Shown here: positions 8,907 to 17,862 of the stretch, piece by piece
How positions within the stretch are numbered: the stretch's first letter is position 1
How the letters are laid out: each line of letters starts with the position of its first letter
DNA from: Okeania sp.
Lineage (GTDB): Bacteria > Cyanobacteriota > Cyanobacteriia > Cyanobacteriales > Microcoleaceae
Reading direction: 5' to 3'
NCBI RefSeq assembly: GCF_035285525.1
Contig: NZ_JAYKGW010000165.1
Location: forward strand, 1 to 32,000
Length of the DNA: 32,000 nt
Position numbers and translations under genes: made by a program
Notes under the pieces: generated by a model
What the model saw: the letters and a program-made list of their open reading frames with translations, nothing else
The model's database searches: none
Told to the model about the DNA's origin: nothing

Positions 8907-9851
8907 ATGTTATCTAAAACTTGTTCACTCTCAATCTTAGTAGCAAGAACAGACATACCTTTTATGATGCATACAATTCCTCATATCGTTAGAATGAGTA
9001 ATTTTAATTTTATTGAAAAAGTTTTGTGTATGGATACAGCACCTCTATCTGGAGATAAAGTTATGCGTCCTGGTATTGGTACTCTAAGTGAACTGAGAGA
9101 TTGCTGTGACCAACTAATAAGTGAAGGTATTGTAGATAAAGTTGTGGAGATTAAATATGACGAAACTTATCAAAAGGAAATGTACCAAAAGCATTTTGGC
9201 AGTCGGATTAAACCCACCCATAACTATAAAGGTTATCCAATCTTGGGATCAATTTTTCATTTAGAGTCTGTACCTGGAGATTATGTGTTGCATTATGACA
9301 GTGATATGCTTCTACATCAGCAACCAGATTATAGTTGGGTAGATGAAGGTATGAAGTTAATGGAGAAATATCCGGAAATAATGGCAATTAGACCATTGAC
9401 AGGACCGCCAACTGAGGATGGTAGTATATACCAAAGACATGAATACCTAAAATCAGATGCAGGGGAGTTTTATCAATTCAAATTTTTCAGCAGTAGGGTA
9501 TATTTGATTAACCGTAAACGCTTTGACAAGTTACTGCCATTGCCAATTTTATGGCGTTCTTACAAAAATAAATTTCTTAATCAACTGCCACTAAACCTAA
9601 AAACTCCCTTAAATTACTATACCAACAAAGGCAAGCTGGATTCTTGGGAGGTTATGGTATCTATGCAGTTAGAGAGAACTGACTATGTACGAGCAACTAT
9701 GAGTTCCCCCAAGGCGTGGACAATTCATCCTAAAGACCGAAGTCCAGAATATATTAGATCTTTACCAAATATTATCGAAAAAATAGAGCAAGGATGGTAT
9801 CCACCTGAGCAAGCTGGACACTATGACTTTATTTCAGAATATTGGCTTTGA
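8907..9851 (+). CDS. Hypothetical protein, possible GT-A-like transferase (DSD motif)
   Basis: 314-aa ORF with an ATG start. N-terminal SLSILVARTD..., and VLHYDSDMLLH after a hydrophobic strand resembles a DxD site. It sits inside the glycosyltransferase island. The family was not recognised with certainty. Confidence 0.55.
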   Translation: MLSKTCSLSILVARTDIPFMMHTIPHIVRMSNFNFIEKVLCMDTAPLSGDKVMRPGIGTLSELRDCCDQLISEGIVDKVVEIKYDETYQKEMYQKHFGSRIKPTHNYKGYPILGSIFHLESVPGDYVLHYDSDMLLHQQPDYSWVDEGMKLMEKYPEIMAIRPLTGPPTEDGSIYQRHEYLKSDAGEFYQFKFFSSRVYLINRKRFDKLLPLPILWRSYKNKFLNQLPLNLKTPLNYYTNKGKLDSWEVMVSMQLERTDYVRATMSSPKAWTIHPKDRSPEYIRSLPNIIEKIEQGWYPPEQAGHYDFISEYWL

Positions 9852-10039
9852 GGAAACCAGAATTAACTTAAAAATATAGTTTTTTCCCCTATCTTGATCA
9901 AGGAAGTTTATGTTATTTAACTTAAGCCAATATGGAAATTTATTTACCTTTCAAACCTCTGCAATCATAAAATTACTATTTCTACAAATATAGCATTTAT
10001 CAAGCTAACGAAGCCTGCTTATCATTTTCTTACTTATTT

Positions 10040-10086
10040 AGGACTTACAGAAGGAAACTATATATATTTTCCTGGCGTAAGTCCTG
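10040..10086. mobile_element. Minimal MITE of the CAGGACTTACGCA-TIR family
   Basis: AGGACTTACAG..(AT-rich core)..GGCGTAAGTCCTG, i.e. terminal inverted repeats with almost no interior. Confidence 0.55.
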
Positions 10087-10190
10087 CTATGGCAAAAGTT
10101 GCTTTTGCTTATACCAATTTCATAAAATATTGCTACTGGACTGTTTTAGCTAAAATAGTGGGTTTATTTTTAGTTGTGAGTTGTGGCAAG

Positions 10191-10235
10191 ACAAGGAAGA
10201 CAAGGAAGACAAGGAAGACAAGGAAGACAAGGAAG
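10191..10235. repeat. 9-nt tandem repeat ACAAGGAAG x5
   Basis: Five exact head-to-tail copies, followed by degenerate copies (AAAGGAAG, ACAAGAGAG). Confidence 0.9.
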
Positions 10236-10293
10236 AAAGGAAGACAAGAGAGAAAAATCTATTGCCACATTTAAGATGAAACAATCCAGTAGT

Positions 10294-10411
10294 GGACTGT
10301 TTCACTTAAAACTGTGCATGATTATTTGTCATGGCGCGACTCGCAGCGCCAGCGAAGCGCAAACACATTCGTTTGCGGAGCATGGCCTCAGGAAAGCAAT
10401 CTCAGGCCAAC
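10294..10411. mobile_element. Degenerate MITE copy, inverted relative to 10823-10976
   Basis: It shares TCATGGCGCGACTCGCAG and GCGGAGCATGRCCTCAGGAAAGCAATCTCA with the reverse complement of 10823-10976. Its ends are decayed. Confidence 0.45.
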
Positions 10412-10669
10412 TTCACTATTGCACCATTTTAAGAATATACTGACGTGTCAAGACTAAAATTGTGGATTAGGAACAAGCAACAAGCGAAGACCTCTCCCCC
10501 AACCCCTCTCCTGCGAGGAGAGGGGAGAAATATCCCCCAACGCTAGTAGGGAAGGGGCTTGGAGGCCGTGTTGTTTCATCCACATTTTCAAGTTTGACGC
10601 GCCACTACAGTGCTTTTATCTATAATGATGGGAATTTAGAGATTAACATTGTAACAACCTTTTTTTTCT

Positions 10670-10762
10670 AAGGACTTACGCACCAAGCGCTACATCTAGT
10701 CAGGGCAAATGGCATTTGCTCCTACGGATAGTGTATATTTTTATATTTGACGTAAGTCCTGT
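10670..10762. mobile_element. MITE, CAGGACTTACGCA-TIR family
   Basis: AAGGACTTACGCACC ... TGACGTAAGTCCTG terminal inverted repeats. Confidence 0.65.
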
Positions 10763-10822
10763 TGATTTGGTATGATAACCCATAATATCAAATCCAGTAG
10801 TATTGGTATAAAAAAACATAGA

Positions 10823-10976
10823 CAGGACTTATGTATTAGGAAGGAGTTTTGGTCATTTGAGATTGCTTTCCTGAGGTCATGCTCCGCGACATGAATGCGG
10901 AGCGAAACGCTGTCGCTTGCTATAGCAAAGCTGCGAGTCGCGCCATGACAGAAATAAGTTGTTTTGCGTAAGTTCT
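10823..10976. mobile_element. MITE, CAGGACTTACGCA-TIR family, long form with GC-rich core
   Basis: CAGGACTTATGTATTAGGAAGGAGTTTTGGTCATTTGAGATTGCTTTC ... ATGACAGAAATAAGTTGTTTTGCGTAAGTTCT. A shorter relative lies at 31891-31983. Confidence 0.7.
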
Positions 10977-11277
10977 AATCGAAACTGGGTTTATATGAAA
11001 TACCAACTATACTAATATTTATCTTCCATAAACCGGGTTTCTGATAACCCTTCTATTGCGAAAGGATTTGATATAATTTTGTACTTCACCGCTATGGCAA
11101 TTCCTATATCTGAACTGCCGATGTACAGGGGAAGTCCAGCTATATTTTGGCAAAATTTATTTATAATAATTGATTTTAATTCATTATTTGTCAATATTGA
11201 GCAAAAGCTTGAGCAAATTTTATTTACATCAATTTCATAAATATAAACAACAAAAACATAGTATTTTAGTAAAAATA

Positions 11278-12459
11278 ATGGTTGAGTCAATGAGTATTGA
11301 TAATTTAGGTAATGTCTCTAAAAAAAAGTCAATTGCTGTCTTTTATCCCTTATTTTCTGGTGGAGGTGCTGAGTCAGTTGGCTTGTGGATATTAGAAGCT
11401 TTAAAAGAAACATACGATTTAACATTATTTACTCTATTTAATGTAGATTTTGATAAACTGAATTCTATGTACGGAACTCAAATTTCTCAGGAAATGGTAA
11501 AAGTTAAAGCAATTTTTCCTAAAGTAACTGAGCGTTCTTTCAAGTTCTTATTTGCAAATAATAGAAAATTAGCAATTATGGCAATGCATCTTGTGCTACG
11601 GCATTTGAAAAGTCATAATCAGGAATATGATTTACTATTATCTGGTTACAATGCTGTAGACTTTGGCCGTATCGGAGTTCAATATGTTCATTGGATTAAT
11701 GTGATTTCTAATGAGGGGCTGTATGGTAAAATTTCTAACTCTTCCTTGGAGAATATTAAGCTTAACATATCAATGGTAAATTCTTTTTCAGTATCTAAAT
11801 TATTTAAAGATAAATTTGGTATTGATGCCAAAGTTGTATATCCTCCTGTTTTACTGGATGAGCAAAATATATCTTGGGAAGAAAAAGAAAATGCTTTTAT
11901 TTGTAGTGGAAGATTGACATCAGCTAAAGCTCCTCATAAAGTGATTCAGATATTGAAAAAAGTTCGTCAAAAAGGTTTTGATGTTAAGCTTTATATTACA
12001 GGAGGGGGAGGAGGAGTATATGGGTGGAAATATAAAAGAACATTGACAAAAATGGTTAAAGAAAATAGTGAATGGGTGAAGTTGTGTGAAAATCTACCTT
12101 ATAAAGACTACGTTAAAATTCTATTCAAGTGTAGATATGGTATTCACCACAAACCAGAACCTTTTGGTATTTCAGTAGCAGAAATGATGAAAGCAGGTGC
12201 AATACCTTTTGTCAGAAGTAAACGAAAAGGAATAGCAGGACAAGTAGAGATAGTTGGAGAAGAAAATCAAGAGTTATTTTTTGAGGATCAAGATGATGCT
12301 GTAGAAAAAATCACTAATGTTCTTCAAGATTCAGAAATACAGCAAAAACTTCAAGGAGCTTTGCTGAAGAGAAAAGATTTCTTTTCTACTGAGAAATTTA
12401 TGGCTGGTATTAGTGAGGTTGTCAAAAATTATTTTCAACAACACAGCAATCCTATTTGA
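11278..12459 (+). CDS. Glycosyltransferase family 4 (GT-B fold, Glycos_transf_1-type)
   Basis: KKSIAVFYPLFSGGGAESVG at the N-terminus and EPFGISVAEMMKAGAIPFV (the E..G....EAM..G.P motif) near the C-terminus. ORF track start 11170 adds an implausible AT-rich leader, so I prefer ATG 11278 (MVESMS..) or 11290. Confidence 0.8.
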   Translation: MVESMSIDNLGNVSKKKSIAVFYPLFSGGGAESVGLWILEALKETYDLTLFTLFNVDFDKLNSMYGTQISQEMVKVKAIFPKVTERSFKFLFANNRKLAIMAMHLVLRHLKSHNQEYDLLLSGYNAVDFGRIGVQYVHWINVISNEGLYGKISNSSLENIKLNISMVNSFSVSKLFKDKFGIDAKVVYPPVLLDEQNISWEEKENAFICSGRLTSAKAPHKVIQILKKVRQKGFDVKLYITGGGGGVYGWKYKRTLTKMVKENSEWVKLCENLPYKDYVKILFKCRYGIHHKPEPFGISVAEMMKAGAIPFVRSKRKGIAGQVEIVGEENQELFFEDQDDAVEKITNVLQDSEIQQKLQGALLKRKDFFSTEKFMAGISEVVKNYFQQHSNPI

Positions 12460-12616
12460 TAGGAATTTCGTGTTTTTTTATTTGATTTGTCACAATCAAT
12501 TTAGGATTATGATAATATAAAAATTATGTGATATTTCTAATTTATTGAAAATCTTGTATTGTAAGCAGAGCCTCAAAATATTTAGGGTTTGTTGAAAAAG
12601 TCTTTTTCAGCAAGCC

Positions 12617-13003
12617 TTAATTATCATTTGTGCTAGATTTTTGAGCAATTTCCATATAGCTTAATAGCCAATTTGCCATAGTAGCACGACGAGCTTGTGT
12701 AGGGGTAAATTCGCCTATTTTATAACCTTTGAAACCCAATTTTTGTTTTAATAATTGTTTATTTTCTGGAGGAATAGAGCGAGTCAATTTGACAGTGGGC
12801 GGACGAAATTCAATAAAATTTGGAGGTTCTGGATATTTCTCTCGCCATTCTGGTGCTACCTGGGAAATATCCCATTTATGAGAAGTATTATCATAACGAT
12901 AACCAAGATAATACCAAACTAATTGATTGACAGTATTATCATCAATTTTTTCGTCAATAATTGCTTGAATAGTTTCTGTGTTTAGTGGTGGTAGTTCAGG
13001 CAT
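12617..13003 (-). CDS. Conserved cyanobacterial hypothetical protein (recalled as DUF1823-like)
   Basis: 128-aa ORF with an ATG start and good coding character (..NQLVWYYLGYRYD..WD..V.PEWREKYPEPPNFIE..). The family name is from memory only. Confidence 0.6.
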   Translation of the reverse strand: MPELPPLNTETIQAIIDEKIDDNTVNQLVWYYLGYRYDNTSHKWDISQVAPEWREKYPEPPNFIEFRPPTVKLTRSIPPENKQLLKQKLGFKGYKIGEFTPTQARRATMANWLLSYMEIAQKSSTNDN

Positions 13004-13064
13004 AAAAGCTATTTTTTTTTACTATTAAGTTATTAAATATCATTTCTTTATTTTACCCACGCAA

Positions 13065-13097
13065 AGAAACCCGGTTTCTTCAAGAAACCGGGTTTCT
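13065..13097 (-). terminator. 15-bp-stem palindromic hairpin (GAAACCCGGTTTCT family) downstream of gap, followed by GGTTTCTGA STRR
   Basis: AGAAACCCGGTTTCT-tca-AGAAACCGGGTTTCT. It lies between the gap stop (13144) and the next gene's start (13003). Only a short U tail is present on the minus strand. Confidence 0.4.
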
Positions 13098-13143
13098 GGG
13101 TTTCTGAGTTTCTGAGTTTCTCCGTGTAAATCCTAATACTTTT

Positions 13144-14187
<1,044 letters not shown>

Positions 14188-14218
14188 CTATATAATTAAA
14201 AGTTTCTCAGGCGAACCT

Positions 14219-14251
14219 AGAAACCCGGTTTCTCGTAGAAACTGGGTTTCT
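14219..14251. repeat. Third copy of the GAAACCCGGTTTCT palindromic hairpin, upstream of gap; probably the inner part of a deleted MITE ending TGTGTAAGTTCTG at 14275
   Basis: AGAAACCCGGTTTCT-cgt-AGAAACTGGGTTTCT, with one G-U position. Compare the interior of the MITE at 25589-25690. Confidence 0.55.
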
Positions 14252-14487
14252 TTGTGTAAGTTCTGTTAATAACTTCACGTCACTACCAGAATAGAGTAGA
14301 GATATTCTATGGAACATTCCTACTCTGGTTTAACAATTGAAAACCGTTGTAAGTATTAAGACTTACCGATTAAAAATTATCACAAGAGAAATTAGTTATG
14401 AATTATTCTTTTCCATATCTTAAGAATCTGGAAGTACCTGGAGGAATATGGGAGGTGTGGGAAGGTTGGGGAGTTTGGGAAGTATCA

Positions 14488-14512
14488 CTTCTGACTTCTG
14501 ACTTCTGACTTC
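14488..14512. repeat. STRR heptamer array CTTCTGA x3+
   Basis: Direct reading: CTTCTGACTTCTGACTTCTGACTTCC. Confidence 0.85.
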
Positions 14513-14536
14513 CAAAGGAGTATAGGGAGATTTGGT

Positions 14537-14667
14537 CAGGACTTACGCAAAATAGCAAATTATACATCAGGTGTAGGGGCGTTTCATGTCGCGGAGCGCG
14601 ATACGGCCGTTTGCTTCGCATACTTCGTAACGCCCCTACTAAATATAGTGGTTCTGCGTAAGTCCTG
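14537..14667. mobile_element. MITE, CAGGACTTACGCA-TIR family
   Basis: CAGGACTTACGCAAAATAGC ... GGTTCTGCGTAAGTCCTG. The interior hairpin is GTAGGGGCGTT..AACGCCCCTAC. Confidence 0.7.
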
Positions 14668-14761
14668 TTGGTAATAGAACATTTTTTTCTACTGAGTGAA
14701 TTAAGCTGATATGATTTATTAATCTCTCAAAAATTAATTGCTTACCAAAAAATAAGGGTAG

Positions 14762-14893
14762 GTGCCTCCCCTTTTAAGGGGATGAAAAAATATTGAACAC
14801 GGTTCCCGATAAATCAGTATTTCAAGCCTCCGATTTCTAACGCCCACCGTGTTTACTCGGAGGTTCGCTCTCTACTGATAACTGATAACTGAA
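14762..14893. repeat. Mosaic intergenic repeat (family: CAGTTAT STRR - TAGAGA - TTGAAATACTGA - TTTTTTCATCCCCT.AAAAGG), reverse orientation, abutting the HAD start codon
   Basis: Its reverse complement aligns block-wise with 16786-16875 and 17319-17533. It also carries a GGTTCCCGA box and an extra CCTCCGA..TCGGAGG hairpin. Confidence 0.6.
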
Positions 14894-15604
14894 ATGACCC
14901 CAATCAAAATGACTACAATCTTATTCTGGGATATTGATGGAACATTATTAACTACTGATAGAGCAGGTATCTTTGCTCTAGAAGATGCTGCAAGAGAAAT
15001 TATTGGTAAAGAGATAGATTTATCAAACCTTAATACAGCAGGAGCAACGGATCGTTTACTAGCAGCTCAAATTTTAGAATTAGGGGGTATTACTCCTGAT
15101 GATGGAAAAATAGATCAACTATTACAAGTTTATGGTGAATATCTACCTGAAAGTCTCACTAGAAAACAAGGAGGAGTATTACCAGGAGTCAAAGAAATTC
15201 TCTCTCATTTACATCCTAACCGTAACGATGTAGTTTCTCTATTACTAACAGGAAATACCTCTGTGGGAGCAAGGGCAAAACTTACTTACTATGGTTTAGA
15301 TAGTTATTTTAATTTTACTCAGGGTGGATTTTCAGATACAGTAGCAGATAGAAAAGCGATCGCTCGTCAAGCGTTAACCAGTGCCCAAGAATTAGTAGGA
15401 GAAATTAATTTAGAAAAAGTTTATGTGATTGGAGATACACCCCATGATATAAGTTGTTGTCAGGCGATTGGTGCTAGGTCTATTGCTGTTGCTACTGGTT
15501 CGTTTAAATTAGAGGAGTTACAAGAACATAATCCTTGGTGGGCTATACCTTGTTTACCAACACCAGATGTTTTTATCGATAAAATCAGCTTAAGAAATTA
15601 TTAA
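14894..15604 (+). CDS. HAD-superfamily hydrolase (phosphatase, phosphoglycolate-phosphatase-like subfamily)
   Basis: Motif I FWDIDGTLL (DxDGT), motif II LLTGNT, and motif IV VIGDTPHDI. Confidence 0.85.
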   Translation: MTPIKMTTILFWDIDGTLLTTDRAGIFALEDAAREIIGKEIDLSNLNTAGATDRLLAAQILELGGITPDDGKIDQLLQVYGEYLPESLTRKQGGVLPGVKEILSHLHPNRNDVVSLLLTGNTSVGARAKLTYYGLDSYFNFTQGGFSDTVADRKAIARQALTSAQELVGEINLEKVYVIGDTPHDISCCQAIGARSIAVATGSFKLEELQEHNPWWAIPCLPTPDVFIDKISLRNY

Positions 15605-15679
15605 AAAGGTACCGAAAAACAAAACTTTCAAATAAAAATAAATAGAAAAATATATTGAGACCCAAAAGTTTTGAACAAT

Positions 15680-16780
15680 ATGAAACTACTAACTAAGACT
15701 CATAAATTTTCTCATGTTTTAGACAGAAAGTTAGATTTATTTGGATGTGTGCGTGTAGGTAATGGCAATGTAGCTTCATGGCATGAAAAAAAATTAAGGG
15801 ATATAGGAATTAGTACTCTAGGGATTATCGAACCAAATTTGCTTAAACAACAAGAGGCAGTCAAGAGAGGAATCAATGTATTTTCATCTTTTGTAAAAGC
15901 AGCAGAAATGCGCCCGCTATTCTGGGATATTTGTTGTCCTACTAATACTCATGTTGAAGTTATTAGGAAAATTATAGAAATTGATAATAAGGCTAATATT
16001 GTTGTAGAAAAACCTGTCTGCAATTACGAAGAGATTGAAATGTTATGTGAATTGTTGCAGGGATTTCAAGGAAAGCTTGTTGTTAATGAAAATTATATAG
16101 AATCATCAGTAACTCAGAAGATTAAAGAATTAATTATATCTCTGAAAATTACGCCCCAAAGGGTTGTCTCAGAAATGACTAAAAATAGAGTAAATGATTT
16201 TATTAATGGTCGATTTTTAGATAATAATTTTTATGCTTTTGGCTATGAAGATTCACATATAATTGCCAATGTTATGGCTCTGGGAAAAGAATATTTACCT
16301 CATAAAATTGGGAATATCTTTTATCAAGATATAGACATAAAAGTTAAGGATAAAAATTACTTTTTGCCTAAGCAAGGAATGGTAGAAAAACATTATACCG
16401 CAGTTAATGATGCAGAAGTGGTATTGTACACTTCTATGACAGGAAAAATCAAATATTTTTATCCAGGATGGTCTTCAAAATACTTTGATCGAGTTCCTGA
16501 AGAGGAAAATGTTCGGTATCGTGTATTAGCTGTAGAAGACTATAACACGGGTATAACTATAGCTGGATTTTATGAGCCAATTATTGGTCAAAATCGAGGG
16601 GAAGGAAAAGTTGTTGTTTACCAAGATGGCATTGTAGAAGAAATTATCTCCTCTATAACTGATGATACAATGGGCATATCAATGAAAAATGCTGTAGAAT
16701 ATTTTCAGGGAAAAAGAAATAATCCTTGTTCGGCAAAAACAGCTATTCAAATAGTAGAAATTATGAATTTATGGCATTAG
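15680..16780 (+). CDS. Divergent Gfo/Idh/MocA-like NAD(P)-dependent oxidoreductase (tentative)
   Basis: VGNGNVASWH at the N-terminus, TNTHVEVIRKII..NIVVEKPVC (the EKP motif) and KLVVNENY fit the Gfo/Idh/MocA N-domain layout. The C-terminal half was not recognised. ORF track start 15671 is TTG, and an ATG follows at 15680. Confidence 0.5.
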   Translation: MKLLTKTHKFSHVLDRKLDLFGCVRVGNGNVASWHEKKLRDIGISTLGIIEPNLLKQQEAVKRGINVFSSFVKAAEMRPLFWDICCPTNTHVEVIRKIIEIDNKANIVVEKPVCNYEEIEMLCELLQGFQGKLVVNENYIESSVTQKIKELIISLKITPQRVVSEMTKNRVNDFINGRFLDNNFYAFGYEDSHIIANVMALGKEYLPHKIGNIFYQDIDIKVKDKNYFLPKQGMVEKHYTAVNDAEVVLYTSMTGKIKYFYPGWSSKYFDRVPEEENVRYRVLAVEDYNTGITIAGFYEPIIGQNRGEGKVVVYQDGIVEEIISSITDDTMGISMKNAVEYFQGKRNNPCSAKTAIQIVEIMNLWH

Positions 16781-16785
16781 TCATT

Positions 16786-16875
16786 TCAGTTATCAGTTAT
16801 CGGTATCTTCCAGCTTTTGCTAGAGACTTAAAATACTGAATTTTCTTTTTTTTTCATGCCCTTGAGAGGAGAGAC
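16786..16875. repeat. Mosaic intergenic repeat, same family as 14762-14893
   Basis: TCAGTTATCAGTTATC..TAGAGACTTAAAATACTGAATTTTCTTTTTTTTTCATGCCCTTGAGAGGAGAGAC. Confidence 0.6.
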
Positions 16876-16923
16876 AAATATCCCTTGATTTCGGCAAAAA
16901 AATGAAAGTAAACATTAAAAAAA

Positions 16924-17270
16924 ATGGAGGTTTTAAATAAAATGATACTTTCTAGCGATAATATTCCCCAGGTAAGAGGACATTGTGGTACTATTAGAAA
17001 ACTTGTATCAGAAGGACCTGCTAAACTGATACATCTAATTGTAGATAAAGCAGAAAAGCATTATCACAAAAAACCACAGAATATTATTATGTACTTGATG
17101 GAAAAGGATACATATCTCTTGACGATCAAATACAACCTATTAAGAAAGGAGATGTGATTAAAATAGAACCGGGAGTAAAACATCAGGCGATTGAAGGCGA
17201 AACTCCATTAGAAATTCTTGTCATTGAAGTACCTCCTGCTACAGGTGACTGTTATATAGTAAATCAATAG
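16924..17270 (+). pseudogene. Cupin-domain (cupin_2-type) gene interrupted by a 1-nt frame change in an A6 run
   Basis: Frame 1 reads ..AEKHYHKK and is then out of frame, reaching a stop at 17157. From 17073 the -1 frame reads TTEYYYVLDGKGYISLDDQIQPIKKGDVIKIEPGVKHQAIEGETPLEILVIEVPP..* (stop 17268-17270). Joined, they give both cupin motifs (HYH...E......G and G.....P.G..H). The junction is the A run at 17068-17073. Confidence 0.75.
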
Positions 17271-17318
17271 TTCAAAATCAATGACTATTCCAACTATCTT
17301 AAAAGGCAACAGTCATTT

Positions 17319-17533
17319 TAGTTATCAGTTATAAGTGATATCAAATCCGGTAGTATCGGTAGAATTAAAGACCGTAGGGGTTGGGTTTCCAAATCCCTAC
17401 AAGCTAGGAATTTTAGCCAATACTGATGGTATAACCTTATCCTCCAAAGCAAGCAGATTTGATATAACTCTGGATCAACCTAGAGAGTTGAAATACTGAA
17501 GTTCATTTTTTTCATCCCCTGAAAAGGAAAGGC
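17319..17533. repeat. Mosaic intergenic repeat, long member of the family at 14762-14893 and 16786-16875
   Basis: TAGTTATCAGTTAT..(insert with GTAGGGGTTGGGTTTCCAAATCCCTAC hairpin)..TAGAGAGTTGAAATACTGAAGTTCATTTTTTTCATCCCCTGAAAAGGAAAGGC. Confidence 0.55.
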
Positions 17534-17604
17534 GTAAGACCTTATTTTTTGGTTAAAGTTTGACAAGTAAGAAGGAATAGAATATTTGTAAATGGATACA
17601 TCTC

Positions 17605-17729
17605 ATATAGCAAATTTTACTAAGCGTGAGGTACGCCTGCGCGAGCAAGATGCACGGTTCCCGAAAAATCGCACGGATAAAATTTAATTATTAATATTTG
17701 TACCTCACGCTTCTTGGAAAATGCTATAT
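17605..17729. repeat. Inverted-repeat-bounded element carrying a GGTTCCCGA box
   Basis: ATATAGCA..AGCGTGAGGTAC (17605-17634) pairs with GTACCTCACGCT..TGCTATAT (17700-17729). The loop contains GCACGGTTCCCGAAAAATC. Confidence 0.55.
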
Positions 17730-17862
17730 TTTATTTACCAAAATACTTTTTTCCTATTCTATTGAGTGTTAAGTATTCTCTAAAAGCGATAAACTTTTGG
17801 CTCTTATATTTTTTTGCTTACATTTTTCTGAGTAGTTATATTCTCAAACATCAACCTAGACT

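Noticed and set aside
10089-10443. ORFs 10089-10274 and 10183-10443
   Set aside because: They read through the 9-nt tandem repeat (giving RKT/GRQ repeats) and a degenerate MITE. They have no RBS and no coding character.
11012-11290. ORF 11012-11290 (-) and the N-terminal extension of ORF 11170-12459
   Set aside because: These are mutually overlapping AT-rich frames upstream of the obvious GT4 start (MVESMS at 11278) and show no conserved-looking sequence.
12593-12609. Palindrome TGAAAAAG-t-CTTTTTCA as a bidirectional terminator between the convergent GT4 and DUF1823-like genes
   Set aside because: The loop is too short and neither strand has a U tract. The sequence CTTTTTCAGCAAGCC is part of a dispersed repeat also seen near 7841-7860 (reverse orientation), with related ..GGGCTTGCTGA.. 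copies near 26649 and 28325.
14403-14621. ORF 14403-14621 (-)
   Set aside because: It spans an STRR array and a MITE, so it is a repeat-derived open frame.
16924-17157. Treating 16924-17157 as an intact 77-aa gene
   Set aside because: Its C-terminal 25 residues are out-of-frame cupin sequence, and the true continuation lies in the -1 frame up to 17270.
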